From Octopus vulgaris (lineage: Eukaryota), in assembly GCA_951406725.2 (NCBI GenBank), contig OX597817.1:143158001-143222000 (forward strand): a stretch of 64,000 bases of DNA, in the 5' to 3' direction. Both the position numbers and the translations under genes were made by a program. Numbering within the stretch: position 1 is the stretch's first letter; each line of letters opens with the position of its first letter. The notes under the pieces were generated by a model. It was not told the DNA's origin, searched no databases, and was given only the letters and a program-made list of their open reading frames with translations. Below, piece by piece: positions 1-12,697 of this stretch.

Positions 1-305
1 TAATAATTAATTTTTTCATCTAAATTCATGGGAGATAACTCCTATTTTAGATAATCACCAATATATATTGTATTTGTCGGCGTATAAGACGCACACTGAC
101 ATTAGACGCACCCCTTTTTACACAGGTATATTTTTTGGAAAGAAAAAAACTAATTCAGTATATTTTATTATACACTAACTGAAAGCTATTCTTGTAGGGA
201 GATAATGTATGTTTTTGTGCGTAGAAATACAATTCTGTGACAGAGTACTGGAATAAAGTATGAAGTCGAAATTCGATCATATACAATCTACGTTTATACC
301 TATGT

Positions 306-716
306 CATTACTACCCACAATGGGCTAAACACAAAGAGGACAAACAAGGACAGGCAAATGGATTAAGTCGATTATATCGACCCCAGTGCGAAACTGGTAC
401 TTTATTTATCGACCCCGAAAGGAGGAAAGGCAAAGTCGACCTCGGCGGAACTTGAACTCAAAACGTAACGGTAGACGAAATACTTATTTCTTTACTACCC
501 ACAAGGGGCTAAACACAGAGGGTACAAACAAGGACAGACACACGGATTAAGTCGATTACATCGACCCCAGTGCGTAACTGGTATATAATTTATCGACCGC
601 GAAAGGCTGAAAGACAAAGTCGACCTCGACGGAATTTGAACTCAGAACGTAACGGCAGACGAAATACGGCTACGCATTTCGACCGGCGTGCTAGCGTTTC
701 TGCCAGCTCGCAGCCT
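306..716 (-). mobile_element. tRNA-derived SINE family 1 (Deu/Nin-like core), dimeric copy
   Basis: Minus strand reads GGC.GCGAGCTGGCAGAAACG..., B-box-like GAGTTCAAATTCC, core GTCGACTTTG.CTTTCA.CCTTTCG.GGTCGATAAA and tail ...CCCTTGTGGGTAGTAAAGAAATA. Near-identical copies recur at 26238, 37915, 50247 and 62305. Confidence 0.85.
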
Positions 717-1434
717 TATCTACGGCTATACCATTAGTGTATTTTATTTTGGGTTGTTTTTTTGTTTTTTTCAAATCAACGGCATAGATTTATTATATAT
801 TTTTGCCGAGAGACTTGTATTTTGTAAAACTCGTATTTTGGAGCATGGTGCTTTCCGTTACGGTAATTAGCAGTAATTGATTAGAACAGCAGTTCTTAAA
901 CAATGTGTTGGGGGTTTGGTTCTCAAACAGGATTCATATAAGATTTTGTCGTTAAAATTCATGCACAAAAAAAATTGGTTATATTTCTACGATCCGCAAA
1001 ATATCTTGACAATTATTTTGATATAATACCTAATAATATTTAATCATTGGAATATAATGCAAATTTTTTAAAACATCGAATAACTATAAGAGTCCAATAG
1101 AATAAACTAAGAATTAAGGAGATCCATGGGCAAAAACGTTTTAGAACGATGGATTTAATGTTTTGGTGCCTTGAAGATCGTGTCATTCATAAATTAGAAT
1201 TAAATAAAACGAAGTAAGCAATGGTTTTCTTGTTTTTTTTTTTGTTTTTTTTTTTGAGGTTTTTTCTCCAAAAAATTTTAAGCTTAAAAGATAGCAAAAA
1301 GATAGTTTTGTAATCGTTTGCAAAGTGAAACCGTAATATTTTTTTTTTTTTGAAATGAAGTGCGTTAGTAAATTTGTTGATTAATCTCCAGTTTACCATG
1401 AATTAAGAAAAGATTGTGATTCACTGAAGTAGAA

Positions 1435-1736
1435 CATTGTTGTTTGTTCCTTCTCGAGCCATGCCTGGCTCATAAGGGCCGGTTTCCCGGTTTCCTTGGC
1501 GTATAGGTTCCCCACCTGGACGGGACGCCGGTCTGTCGCAGGTGAGCTGCAAGAGGAAAGAGTCAGAGAAAGTTGTGGCGAAAGAGTCAGCAGAAGTTCG
1601 CCATTACCTTCTGCCGGAGCCGCGTGGAGTTTAGGTGTTCCGCTCATAAGCACACACATCGCCCGGTCTGAGATTCGAACCCGCGATCCCTCAACCGAGA
1701 ATCCGCTACTCTAACCACTAGGCCATGTGCCTCCAC
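1435..1736 (-). mobile_element. tRNA-derived SINE family 2 (head A + V-domain-like body/tail)
   Basis: A box TGGCCTAGTGG and B box GGTTCGAATCT, followed by CCTGCGACAGACCGGCGTCCCGTCCAGG. Homologous copy at 35108-35400. Confidence 0.8.
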
Positions 1737-2198
1737 GAAGTAGAGCATTAAGTTAATCATATTTAGATACGTATATAAAGTGTGAAATGGTTTCTGACGA
1801 AGGCAAAAGGCCGGCAAATTTGAGGGGAGGGGTTAGTCTATTTCATCGAGTCCAGCAGTTGGCAAGTACTTTATTGACCGTAGATGGAAGAGTTTTCTAG
1901 AAAATTATAGTCATAGAAAATCATTCTGAAATATTGCTATGGGACTGAAGTAATGTGACCTTCCAGCTAGGTTGAAGTTATTCGCAATCTTTCTGCAAGA
2001 CTATAAAGTAATGGGAGATATCCCGACAAGACTAGGGGTATTATGGTCTTCCTGCAAGACTGGAAGAAGGGTCAATTTTCCTGCAATACTAATTGGTGGC
2101 CTTCTTGAAAGACTGCAGACTAATCAGACATCTTCCCACTTTCCTTCTCTGTACGAAAAATTGGTAATTGGTAACGATATAAAATAATCAGAAAATCG

Positions 2199-2358
2199 AC
2201 GCAGGCGTGGCAGTGTTGTGAGAAGCTTGCTTCTCAAACATATAGTTATGGGTTGAGTCCCACTGTGTGGCATCTTGGGCAAGTGTCTTCTACTTTAGCC
2301 TCGGACCAACCAAACCCTTGCGTATGGATATGATATATAGAACTGAAAGAAGCCCGTC

Positions 2359-2416
<58 letters not shown>

Positions 2417-2564
2417 CTATTTTCTCTCCCTGTTTATTTCTGTGTTCGTTTCTGTCGAAGAGTGTAGGCTCGAAATGTAAAAGACTTTCACCCTTCCCTA
2501 GCGTTAAACTAATACATCAGTTTGTTTACACACCTGTCTTCGTCTTTTGTTTTCTTATAAATTC

Positions 2565-2614
<50 letters not shown>

Positions 2615-2716
2615 TAGGAGGTGGGACCATCAAAATTGTAACTTTCGAAAAATTACCTATTGCTATGGGCCACTATAATATACATACATACATACATACA
2701 TACATACATACATACA

Positions 2717-2749
<33 letters not shown>

Positions 2750-2990
2750 GCATGTATATATGTGTGTATATGTGTGTGTCTGTGTTGTCTCCCACTACCG
2801 CTTGACAGCCAGCGTTGGTGTGTTTACGTCCCCGTAACTTAGCGGTTCAGTGGAAGATATCGATAGACTGAGCAATAGGCTTTGGAAAAACGAAATAAAT
2901 ACTAGTGTCGATTCATTCGACCAAAAGATTCCTCCAGGCGGTGCCCCAGCATGACCGCAGTCTAATGACTGAAACAAATAAAAGATAACA
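2199..2990 (+). mobile_element. Bipartite SINE family 4 (tRNA-like head, internal microsatellite, conserved 3' module), interrupted by a Penelope-derived 3' fragment
   Basis: Head 2199-2360 and tail 2775-2990 match the copies at 56305-56768 and 62714-63195. Confidence 0.75.
2413..2568 (+). mobile_element. Short 3' terminal (pLTR) fragment of the Penelope-like element, with hammerhead-like motif
   Basis: CTGTCGAAGAGTGTAGGCTCGAAATGTAAAAGAC matches 60309-60445. Flanked by (AT)n. Confidence 0.75.
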
Positions 2991-3490
2991 AGCAAACCAC
3001 GAAAGATAAAAGAAAGGTGATAAAATAAAAATGGAAAAATGTCTTGTTAGCATTCATTTGCTTTTTATAGTGTTTTAAATATAAACACTAAAAAGGAAAA
3101 ATATTGCCGCATCACAATGTTTACACATTTTTAAACAAAGTGAAACGTGCTAATACAATAAAGAGTGATATGAGAGACGGTGTACAGCAATGAGATGTCC
3201 TGCGGGTCTAACAGTTTTTTTTTTATTACACATTCATAAATTTATTCTCTCTTGTATCAATAAATATTTGTGTAATTGCAATTTTTGGTTTTCGTTTGTT
3301 TGTTGGTTTTTATAGTTTAATGTAAACGTGTGTTAGTCGTTAAATTACAGGTTAACCAGCAACAACTTTAATTTTTGTTCCGCCTGTTGTTGTTGTTGTT
3401 TTTCTTGCTATTGTTGCAAATGTTGACCAGCTGAAGGTCATCCCTGACGAAGAGAAATATCAACGAAAGCTTTCTTTATTTGTATTATTA

Positions 3491-3877
3491 CAGCAGAACC
3501 TCGCAGTACGAGTGTCTCATTGTACGAGTCGTTTGCTGTACGAGCCGAGACTCGTACGAAATTTTATCTTGAAGTACGAGCAGAAATCCCCAGTACGAGC
3601 ACACAAATCATTCCCTCTTTAAGGTAATTCAGTTAATAAAACCAGTTTACATATTTCTTTTGCATTCTCTATTTTCGTAATTGTCATTTTACTTGTAACT
3701 ACACTTTTTCTATTTTAAAACCCATAAAAAATTAATTTTGAGTGGTTTTGGCGGGGCTGGAACGGATTAATTATATTTTAGTTAATTTCAATGAGGAAAA
3801 TTGATATGTAAAACGAGTAAATCGTAAGACGAGCTCGTTCATAGAATGAATTAAACTCATACTGCGAGGTATTACTG
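3491..3877. mobile_element. Tc1/pogo(Tigger)-type MITE
   Basis: TIRs CAGCAGAACCTCGCAGTACGAGT / ACTCATACTGCGAGGTATTACTG, TA on both sides, no ORF. Confidence 0.8.
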
Positions 3878-3894
3878 TACTATGTTCCCATCTA

Positions 3895-4326
3895 AGACGA
3901 CAAGCTCGCAGAATCGTTAGCACGCCTTACGTTCTGAGTTCAAATACCGCCGAGGTCCACTTTGCCTTTCATTGTTTCGAGGTCGATAAAAAAAGTACCA
4001 GATGGGTACTGGAGGTCGATTTAATCGACTTCGCCCTTCTTCCAAAACTGCTGGCCTTGTACCAAAATTTTAAACCATCATAATTATTTCCCCCTCATCT
4101 CTACCCTTGTGGTAAAAAAAAAAAAAAGCTTCGTCATCGACGCCATCATCATTAGAACAGCACGCCGGACGAAGCGCTTAGCGGTAATTCGTCCGACTAG
4201 ACGTTCTAAGTTTAAATTCCGTCGAAGGACTAAGTACCAGTTGAGCAATGAAGATCGATATAATCGGAGTAATTGGCTAACCTCCATCCCCGAAATTGTT
4301 GGCCTTGTGCTAAAATTTCAAATCAC
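3895..4326 (+). mobile_element. Two decayed SINE family 1 copies with the alternative tail (...GGCCTTGTGCCAAAATTTGAAACCA type)
   Basis: Core CTTTGCCTTTCATTGTTTCGAGGTCGATAAA. Same tail type as 50037-50240 and 50680-50893. Confidence 0.65.
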
Positions 4327-4380
<54 letters not shown>

Positions 4381-4389
4381 TATTATTAT

Positions 4390-5040
4390 TTTCTTTGCAC
4401 AGCTTCTAACGTTGGAGATGTACTACAGTGTCAGCTGTTCACTACCAGTGAACTAATGTAACACCTCTTATTTTTCGAGCACCTTCTGGAGTATTCGAAC
4501 GATTCCAAGCGGTGCTGTTTTCTGAAAGTGTACCACCCTTATTGCAGCCCCTATTTGTTCCATGTACTTCTCAAGATTTTTATTCACTGTTCCCAGGGCT
4601 CCGACAAATATTGGTACTACTGCTACCTTTTTCATCGACCACAACTGCTTAACCTCCCAAGCAAACCTGTCATATCTCTCGACTTTCCTTTCTTCCTTAT
4701 CGCATACCTTGTTGTCAGCTGGGCATGCTCCATCTATGATCCAGCATAGTTTGCTTTCTTTCTCAATTAAGACTATATCTGGTTTCCTATTCTCTATCAC
4801 TTGGTCGTACTGAATCATAAAATCTCACTGGATCTTTCCATTATTATTTTCGATGATGCTTTCGGGTTTATGGTCTTTCCAATTTTTTGCTCTGTCAAGT
4901 CCATACTTGTTGCAAAGTGCCCAATGGACAAGCCTGGCTATGTTGTCGTGGTGTCTCCTATATTTCTTCTGAGCTAGTGGCGTACATTGACTGGTAATAT
5001 GCCATGCGGTTTCACCATTTTGTCCACAAATTCTGCACTT
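4390..5040 (-). mobile_element. 5'-truncated R4/Dong-like RLE non-LTR retrotransposon (CCHC + PD..D endonuclease)
   Basis: ORFs 4825-5079 (CRICGQNGETAWHITSQC, RHHDNIA) and 4468-4818 (RKPDIVL..WIIDGACP, PIFVGALG). Flanked by (TTA)n on both sides. Confidence 0.85.
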
Positions 5041-5074
5041 ATTATTATTATTATTATTATTATTATTTCTTTTT

Positions 5075-5630
5075 ATCACAAGTCTTGCATACGTAGCTGG
5101 GTTGCTACTTTCAGCCTATGATACCATGCTATCTGTTCTTGTCAGCTATCTAATACTTTCCTGGTTGTTCTGGCCATGCCAAGGAGGGAAACGTTTTGTA
5201 ACAGTTCTACTGGGCACTCTTTTATATTCCTCTTGATGCCTTTTGATACTGTTCCCAAGGACCCAACAATAATTGGCACTATCTTCACCTTCTTCAGTTT
5301 CCGTAGCCGGGCTATTTCGTACTTAATAGGGTTGTATCTATCTATCTATCTTTTCATCTTCCTTCTTGACTACTTGTGGGTCAAAGGGGCATGCAACATC
5401 AACTATATAGAATATGTAGGGCACCTTGTCTACCACCACTAGGCCAGGTCTTTTAAGCTCTAGCACCTGATCTGTTTCAATTGGGAAATTCTTGAGGATT
5501 TTGCTAGTCAACGATTCTGTCACTCTCAGCGGTTTGTGGTCATAACACGTCTTGCCTCTCGCTAGGCCCACTTTTGGTACAGTTTCCAATGTAGCACTTT
5601 TGCTACCTGGTCGAGTCGCCATAACATATA
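5075..5630 (-). mobile_element. Second R4/Dong-like RLE LINE 3' fragment
   Basis: ORF 5338-5622 contains KRPGLVVVDK..IVDVACPFD. Bounded by (TTA)n. Confidence 0.7.
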
Positions 5631-5661
5631 GTGGTTTAGGGCTATTATTATTACTATTTTG

Positions 5662-5699
<38 letters not shown>

Positions 5700-5702
5700 C
5701 AT

Positions 5703-6088
5703 TGGAGGCGCAATGGCCCAGTGGTTAGGGCAGCGGACTCGCGGTCGTAGGATCGCGGTTTCGATTCCCAGACCGGGCGTTGTGAGTGTTTATTGAGCGA
5801 AAACACCTAAAGCTCCATGAGGCTCCGGCAGGGATGGTGGTGATCCCTGCTGTACTCTTTCACCACAACTTTCTCTCACTCTTACTTCCTGTTTCTGTTG
5901 TACCTGTATTTCAAAGGGCCGGCCTTGTCACTCTCTGTGTCACGCTGAATATCCCCGAGAACTACGTTAAGGGTACACGTGTCTGTGGAATGCTCAGCCA
6001 CTTACACGTTAATTTAACGAGCAGGCTGTTCCGTTGATCGGATCAACCGGAACCCCCGTCGTCGTAACCGACGGAGTGCTTCCATCCA
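5703..6088 (+). mobile_element. tRNA-derived SINE (head A + tail Y)
   Basis: A box TGGCCCAGTGG and B-box-like GTTTCGATTCC. Near-identical copy at 28126-28513 on the minus strand. Confidence 0.85.
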
Positions 6089-6094
6089 TTATTA

Positions 6095-6138
<44 letters not shown>

Positions 6139-6904
6139 TGTTATTGTTGCTGTTGTTGCTACTGTTGTGGTTTTTGTTGTTGCTGATTTGTCTAGAATTA
6201 CATTATCCAACGCATCCTTTTTAAAAACAAAAGGACGTTACTCCTGAGTATTTTGACTTCTATTTCTAGTGGACTGAGTAACCAACTAAATGATCGCATG
6301 TTGTTTCTGCAATATTATTCTACAGTAATTTGACCCTCTCACGTCTGCCTGAACGTTAACGATGTCAGACATTTCCCCCGCCATCGATAGCTAACACTAT
6401 TTCATGTTACACTACTTATTTTCCATAAACTGTTATCGTAGCATTGTTTACGAATAATAATATTCGGTCTTATGGGATTACCGGAACTATCAATCATGAA
6501 GCGACCATTAATCAAATTCGAAAGAAACACGAATTAATTCTGCAAAATACAGGAATTCCGAGAAAAACACAGAAATTGAATCAGCGATAAATATTTTTAT
6601 CAACATATTGTCGATGCATAATTATATTCTGCGTTCACACATTAGTTTAGCTTTCAAGGGCCAAAGAGGGCGCCGCTGCGTGGTTGTTCCACCTGCTAGA
6701 GATAGCTCAAAGTTAAATTCCCTCAAACTGCATACAGAATCGCATTACAGCTATGTGACGTCGAGTTCAGCCCCGCAGCACGAAACCTTTGGTTAGTGTC
6801 TTCTACTATGGCCGCACACTGACCAATGCCTTGTGAGAGAATTTGATAGGTGGAAACTATATGGGAAATGGATGTATGTCGCCATGATTGACCGCTAACA
6901 CAAA

Positions 6905-7000
6905 AACTTATTTTTAATTCTCTCTATTTATTTCCTCGTGTTCCTTTCAGCTGAAGAGCGTAGGCTCGAAACGTAAAAGACTTTCTCACCTTCCCGAACG
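6905..7000 (+). mobile_element. Penelope pLTR fragment with hammerhead-like motif
   Basis: CTGAAGAGCGTAGGCTCGAAACGTAAAAGAC matches 60309-60350. Confidence 0.7.
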
Positions 7001-7326
7001 TGTTCTTATTTTTCATTCCCTTTCGAAATTATCCCTAATTGTGGTTTTGATTTTAACTACTCCTTATAGCGTTTTAGATGTCCGATTATGGCCATCTCTT
7101 ATGTGTTTAAATGTACACTGTATATAAATAATAAATAATATATAGTCTATTGACTAGTTTTTCTACACGCTAGGCCATGGTGGTGAAAAATTTCTAAATA
7201 ATATTTTACTACCGTAAAATTTATTAATAATAATTCTTTTGGCTAATTTTGAAAGAAAATTAGCATTATTTCTATTTGCTGATGATAAAAAACTGCGCTT
7301 GCGCGGTGGATTTGAAAAATTCTCAC

Positions 7327-7396
<70 letters not shown>

Positions 7397-7429
7397 GGAC
7401 GGACGGACGGACGGACGGACGGACGGGCG

Positions 7430-7501
<72 letters not shown>

Positions 7502-7517
7502 TACAGAGAGATAGTTG

Positions 7518-7582
<65 letters not shown>

Positions 7583-8053
7583 TTAAATGATGAATATAGT
7601 CGACTGAATGAGCATCTATTTACTGCTAGCTCTCATATTATTGGTGTCAACTCCACGAATCTGGGCCAGCCAATGGAAACGAACATATATCTCGCTTGTA
7701 GTCCCTGAAATTTATAGCTGGCCGATCAGGTTTTACACGCAGTAGTGATGTCGTTATAAGGGCATTATTCTGCATCGGTGAGTGCAGTTTATACATGGGA
7801 AGCTGGCAACTCGTAAAGAGATGCAGCTCACCGTATAAATAGACATCCACAGCGATAGAAGCAGCAGGATATTTTATAATTGATGAGGGTACGAAACAAA
7901 GGCCCTTTTTTTTCTCTTTTTTTAGCCAAAAATTGAAAATGAAGCAAATTATGGGGAAAAGGTAAATATATGGCAGTTATGAGGAAACAATCAATCATTT
8001 TGGTTTTTGACTGTATTTTGGATGCTCTGCCTCATCCGAAACAAAGCCTGCGC

Positions 8054-8100
<47 letters not shown>

Positions 8101-8157
8101 TGTGCATTCATATATATATATCCTTTTCTGTCCTACCCTTGATTTATATTCTTTGTT

Positions 8158-8493
8158 GTGAAAGCGTATGGCTCAGTGGTAACAGCGTCAAGCTTACGAT
8201 CACGAGGTTGTGAGTTCGATTCCCGGGACGGGCTGCGTGTTGTGTTCTTGAGCATGACACTTTATTTCATGTTGCTCCAGTTGACTCAGCTGTAGAAATG
8301 GTTTGTGACGTCACAGGTGTCACGCTGTATCAGCCTTTGCCTTTCCCTTGGATAACATCAGTGGTGTGGAGAGGGGAGGCTGGTATGCATGGGCGACTGC
8401 TGGTCTTCCATAAACAACCTTGTCTGGACTTGTGCCGCGGAGGGTAACTTTCTAGGTGCAATCGCACGGCCAGTCATGACCGAAGAGGATCTC
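8158..8493 (+). mobile_element. tRNA-derived SINE family 3 (head B + tail Z)
   Basis: A box TGGCTCAGTGG and B box GAGTTCGATTCCC. Homologous 5'-truncated copy at 41168-41445. Confidence 0.8.
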
Positions 8494-8512
8494 TTCCTCC
8501 ATATTCCTTATA

Positions 8513-8705
8513 CTGTCACTTGTTTCACTCATTTGAATGCGGCCGTGCTAGAGCACCGCCTTCAGTCGAGCAAATTGACCCCAGGACTTATTCTTTGTAC
8601 GCCAAGTACTTATTCTATCGGTTCTTTAACCGAACCGCTAGGTTATGGAGACGTACACACACCAGCATTGGTCGTCAAGCGATGGTGGGGGACAAACACT
8701 AACAC
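8513..8705 (-). mobile_element. 3' module of bipartite SINE family 4
   Basis: Reverse complement of the 63005-63195 type sequence. Confidence 0.75.
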
Positions 8706-8729
8706 ACAAACACACACATATACATACAT

Positions 8730-9754
<1,025 letters not shown>

Positions 9755-9923
9755 ATTGTGTTGTCGCCATATTAATATGGCAGTCTTACAGATATAAGAC
9801 TAAAAGCTGTCGCTGATTAGCTCCATGAGGCCATCGCCTTAAGATAGCTATTTGACACACAAACTGTGTCCATTATAACCTTCGAACAAGGGAGGTCAGC
9901 CGCTTCACACTGCCAGTCAGACA

Positions 9924-9966
9924 GCTACAGACGCGTTTCAGGGTATTTGCCCTTTGTCAATGTAGC
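9924..9966 (-). ncRNA. Minimal type-I hammerhead ribozyme motif (U3:A8 variant), inverted copy
   Basis: Reverse complement of 10300-10342. Confidence 0.8.
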
Positions 9967-10299
9967 GTAGTCAGACCCAGCAGGATGTCGCCACTGATCG
10001 TCTCTGTTCGAAGGTTTTATTTACCTAGTTTCGGTGGAATACATCCACTTGTTTTCAATAATAGAAATATTAAAATTACTAAGTCTCTCTAAAAGTGATT
10101 GTCTTATATCTATAAGACTGCCATATTAATATGGCGATAACAATTAATTTCCAGTAACGCTGCCGTAATCTCTTTTAGAGAGACTTAGTAATTTTAATAT
10201 TTCTATTATTGGAAACAAGTGGATGTATTCCACCGAAACTAGGTAAATAAAACCTTCGAACAGAGACAATCAGTGGCGACACCTGCTGGGTCTGACTAC

Positions 10300-10342
10300 G
10301 CTACATTGACAAAGGGCAAATACCCTGAAACGCGTCTGTAGC
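10300..10342 (+). ncRNA. Minimal type-I hammerhead ribozyme motif (U3:A8 variant)
   Basis: GCUACA-UUGACAA-AGGG-caaaua-CCCU-GAAA-CGCG-UC/UGUAGC: stem I, core, stem II, GAAA, palindromic stem III and GUC cleavage triplet. Confidence 0.82.
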
Positions 10343-10561
10343 TGTCTGACTGGCAGTGTGAAGCGGCTGACCTCCCTTGTTCGAAGGTTATAATGGACAC
10401 AGTTTGTGTGTCAAATAGTTATCTTAAGGCGATGGCCTCATGGAGCTAATCAGCGACAGCTTTAGTCTTATATCTATAAGACTGCCATATTAATATGGCG
10501 ATAACAATTAATTTCCAGTAACGCTGCCGTAATCTCTTTTAGAGAGACTTAGTAATTTTAA

Positions 10562-10610
<49 letters not shown>

Positions 10611-10699
10611 ATATATATATATGTATATACACGGGGGGCTTCTTTCAGATTCCGTCTACCTCATCCAATTAAGTCGAACAAATTGACTCCAGGACTCAT

Positions 10700-12668
10700 T
10701 CTTTTATGAATGATGAACAAAATAATGATATTAATGAGGGAAGCAATCGACGTCCGCCGATCGTTGTTTCCCGAAAACATTGTCCTTTTTTCTCTTTTAT
10801 AAAACCAATTGAGGCTATAAACCTCTTCTTATAGTTCATCGAGACACAAGGTCCTTTCAAATGAGGCACTAAGCCTCTTACTTTTTTACAACTCGAGGCT
10901 TTAGAGCCGCTTACTTCCATGCTCGACTAGGTACACTGCCTCATTCAAGCACCTGCACGGTACCAAGTTGGGACACTTTAGTATAAATTTAATTATATCC
11001 TCGGAGAAGAAGTTCATTACCCTGCACAAGTCGGTTTCCCCTATTACCTCCGCAGCCACCTGCGGAGGCCAATCAGGGTCCTCAGTGCAGGACAGAACCC
11101 CTTCCCTCCGGCCTTTTCTTTTCACCTTCTTTATAAAGTTTTCTAAAGCCCCTCCCTTGTGAAAGAGGATTACAAATTCTTCTTTTATCACATAAGAAGG
11201 GGCCACAGTTTCTTCCGTCGATGGCACAATACCCACCGACAGGGTTTCGAGACATGCCGGCAGTGTGTTAGTAACCGCCGGCAATGCCCAATTTTTCCGT
11301 TTTGTCCGGAAGATTTTCCTTCCCCCCACAGCCTCGGTGGGCAACCATTGGCACCCACCTTCTCCCTCTTTCGGCCCTTTTTCGTCGAGAAGACATCCAC
11401 CTCCTCGACCATCTCCCTCTCTCCCTCCGAACGAGGAAGGGGGAGGGGGCTCTTCCTCAACTAACTGCTCCAGGACCCTACTCTGATCCTGGGGACAGTT
11501 CTTTTTTATATGGCGTGGTTCCAGGCACAGGTGACACTTGGGGAGGCGTCCCTCAAGTATCACCGGATACCTGTTCCCGGCCATAGTCAGAAAATATGGG
11601 AAGACCAGATTCTTAGCTGATTGGGTCTACAGGGTCAAAACAGTTTTTGATCCAACCCAATCAGCTGCCGGCAACATTTTGACATGAGGTAGCTTGAGTC
11701 CGCTGCCACCCATTCTCCAGCGGATTGTGTTCTCTATCCGCTCGGGCTCCATCCCGGGTGGCAACCCGCAGACCTAAGCTCTCGTCAACTTTTTCCCAAA
11801 ATAAGTGAGAAGAAACAGAATCTCTTTGCCTTCCAAGGGCTGACTCGCAAACTTGCGAGCCACCTCACGGGTGTCAAATAGCAGCCATATCGTTGCATAC
11901 TTGACACCCCTAGAAATAAACTTTATAGTTGGCAGATGCTCTGCCAACACTTTCTCTATTTCGACTTTGGAAAAGATGCTGATGGTGTCGAGTAACTTTG
12001 AATATGCCCTCAACACCACCGTCCTTTCTTCTAAGTCTTTTAACCACTGCTTGGGTAGGACAATCTCCCACTCCAACATACTGTTCGTTTTTTCTGCCAT
12101 ATTTTGGGAGAAGAAAAGTTAACACAAAAATGTTCAAATAAAACACAAAAAGGGAAAGAAGGAAGAAGAAAAGAAAAGAGTTCAAAACACAGCGACTTCA
12201 ATCTTCCAGCCAACTGGTATAGCAACAGGAACAAAGCTTCACAAATTTCACCAACAAATTGATACAAAAACTGGTAAAAAATTTCACAATTTTGGAGGTG
12301 GGACACACCCCCAAAACACTGCTAACAATCTTCCGGCCACCGGCACTCCAGGTCAACCAAATAGCAGAAACACAGCAACAGGAACAAAAAAACAACGTTC
12401 ACAATTTTGGGAGGAGAGACACGCCCCCAAAACAACACACTTCTCACCGCTAAGTGAAATACTTATGCCCAACAGCAGGCAGACAAATGCCCGGAATCCA
12501 GTGACAATTTCTTGCTTGAAAAGAAAAAATAAACACTACACAACAGACCACCACTGAATTCCCAAAAAACAAAAGTCTTACCTTGCAGTTGAGCTTTACT
12601 AGTTCAATAATTCACGACGCTGCACACCAGCGCCGTGACTCCACTCAATGTAAAGAAAACACTGACAG
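10700..12668 (-). pseudogene. Decayed Tx1-like LINE 5' portion (5' UTR + ORF1 only)
   Basis: ORF 11774-12100 (FISRGVKYATIWLLFDTREVARKF) aligns to ORF1 of the intact LINE (YINRGKKYGTVEVRFTSEEVAKKL). ORF 10901-11584 has the knuckle ILEGRLPKCHLCLEPRHIKKNC. No ORF2 follows. Confidence 0.75.
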
Positions 12669-12697
12669 ACGCATGCAAGCTTCTTACCACACAGCTA

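Larger units (their letters stand above)
9757..10565 (+). mobile_element. Retrozyme-like / non-autonomous Penelope-type element: inverted arm + 1.3 tandem copies of a 364-nt unit
   Basis: GTCTTATATCTATAAGACTG occurs at 10101 and 10465 (period 364). 9757-10095 is the reverse complement of the unit. Flanked by (AT)n. Confidence 0.85.

Noticed and set aside
888-1152. Possible hAT-type MITEs (also ~34845-35550) and a Tigger-like end at ~70-115
   Set aside because: TIRs are too decayed and no TSD could be verified by eye.
1660-1736. tRNA gene calls at SINE heads (also 5703, 8158)
   Set aside because: A/B boxes are present, but the sequences continue into SINE bodies and lack a clean cloverleaf.
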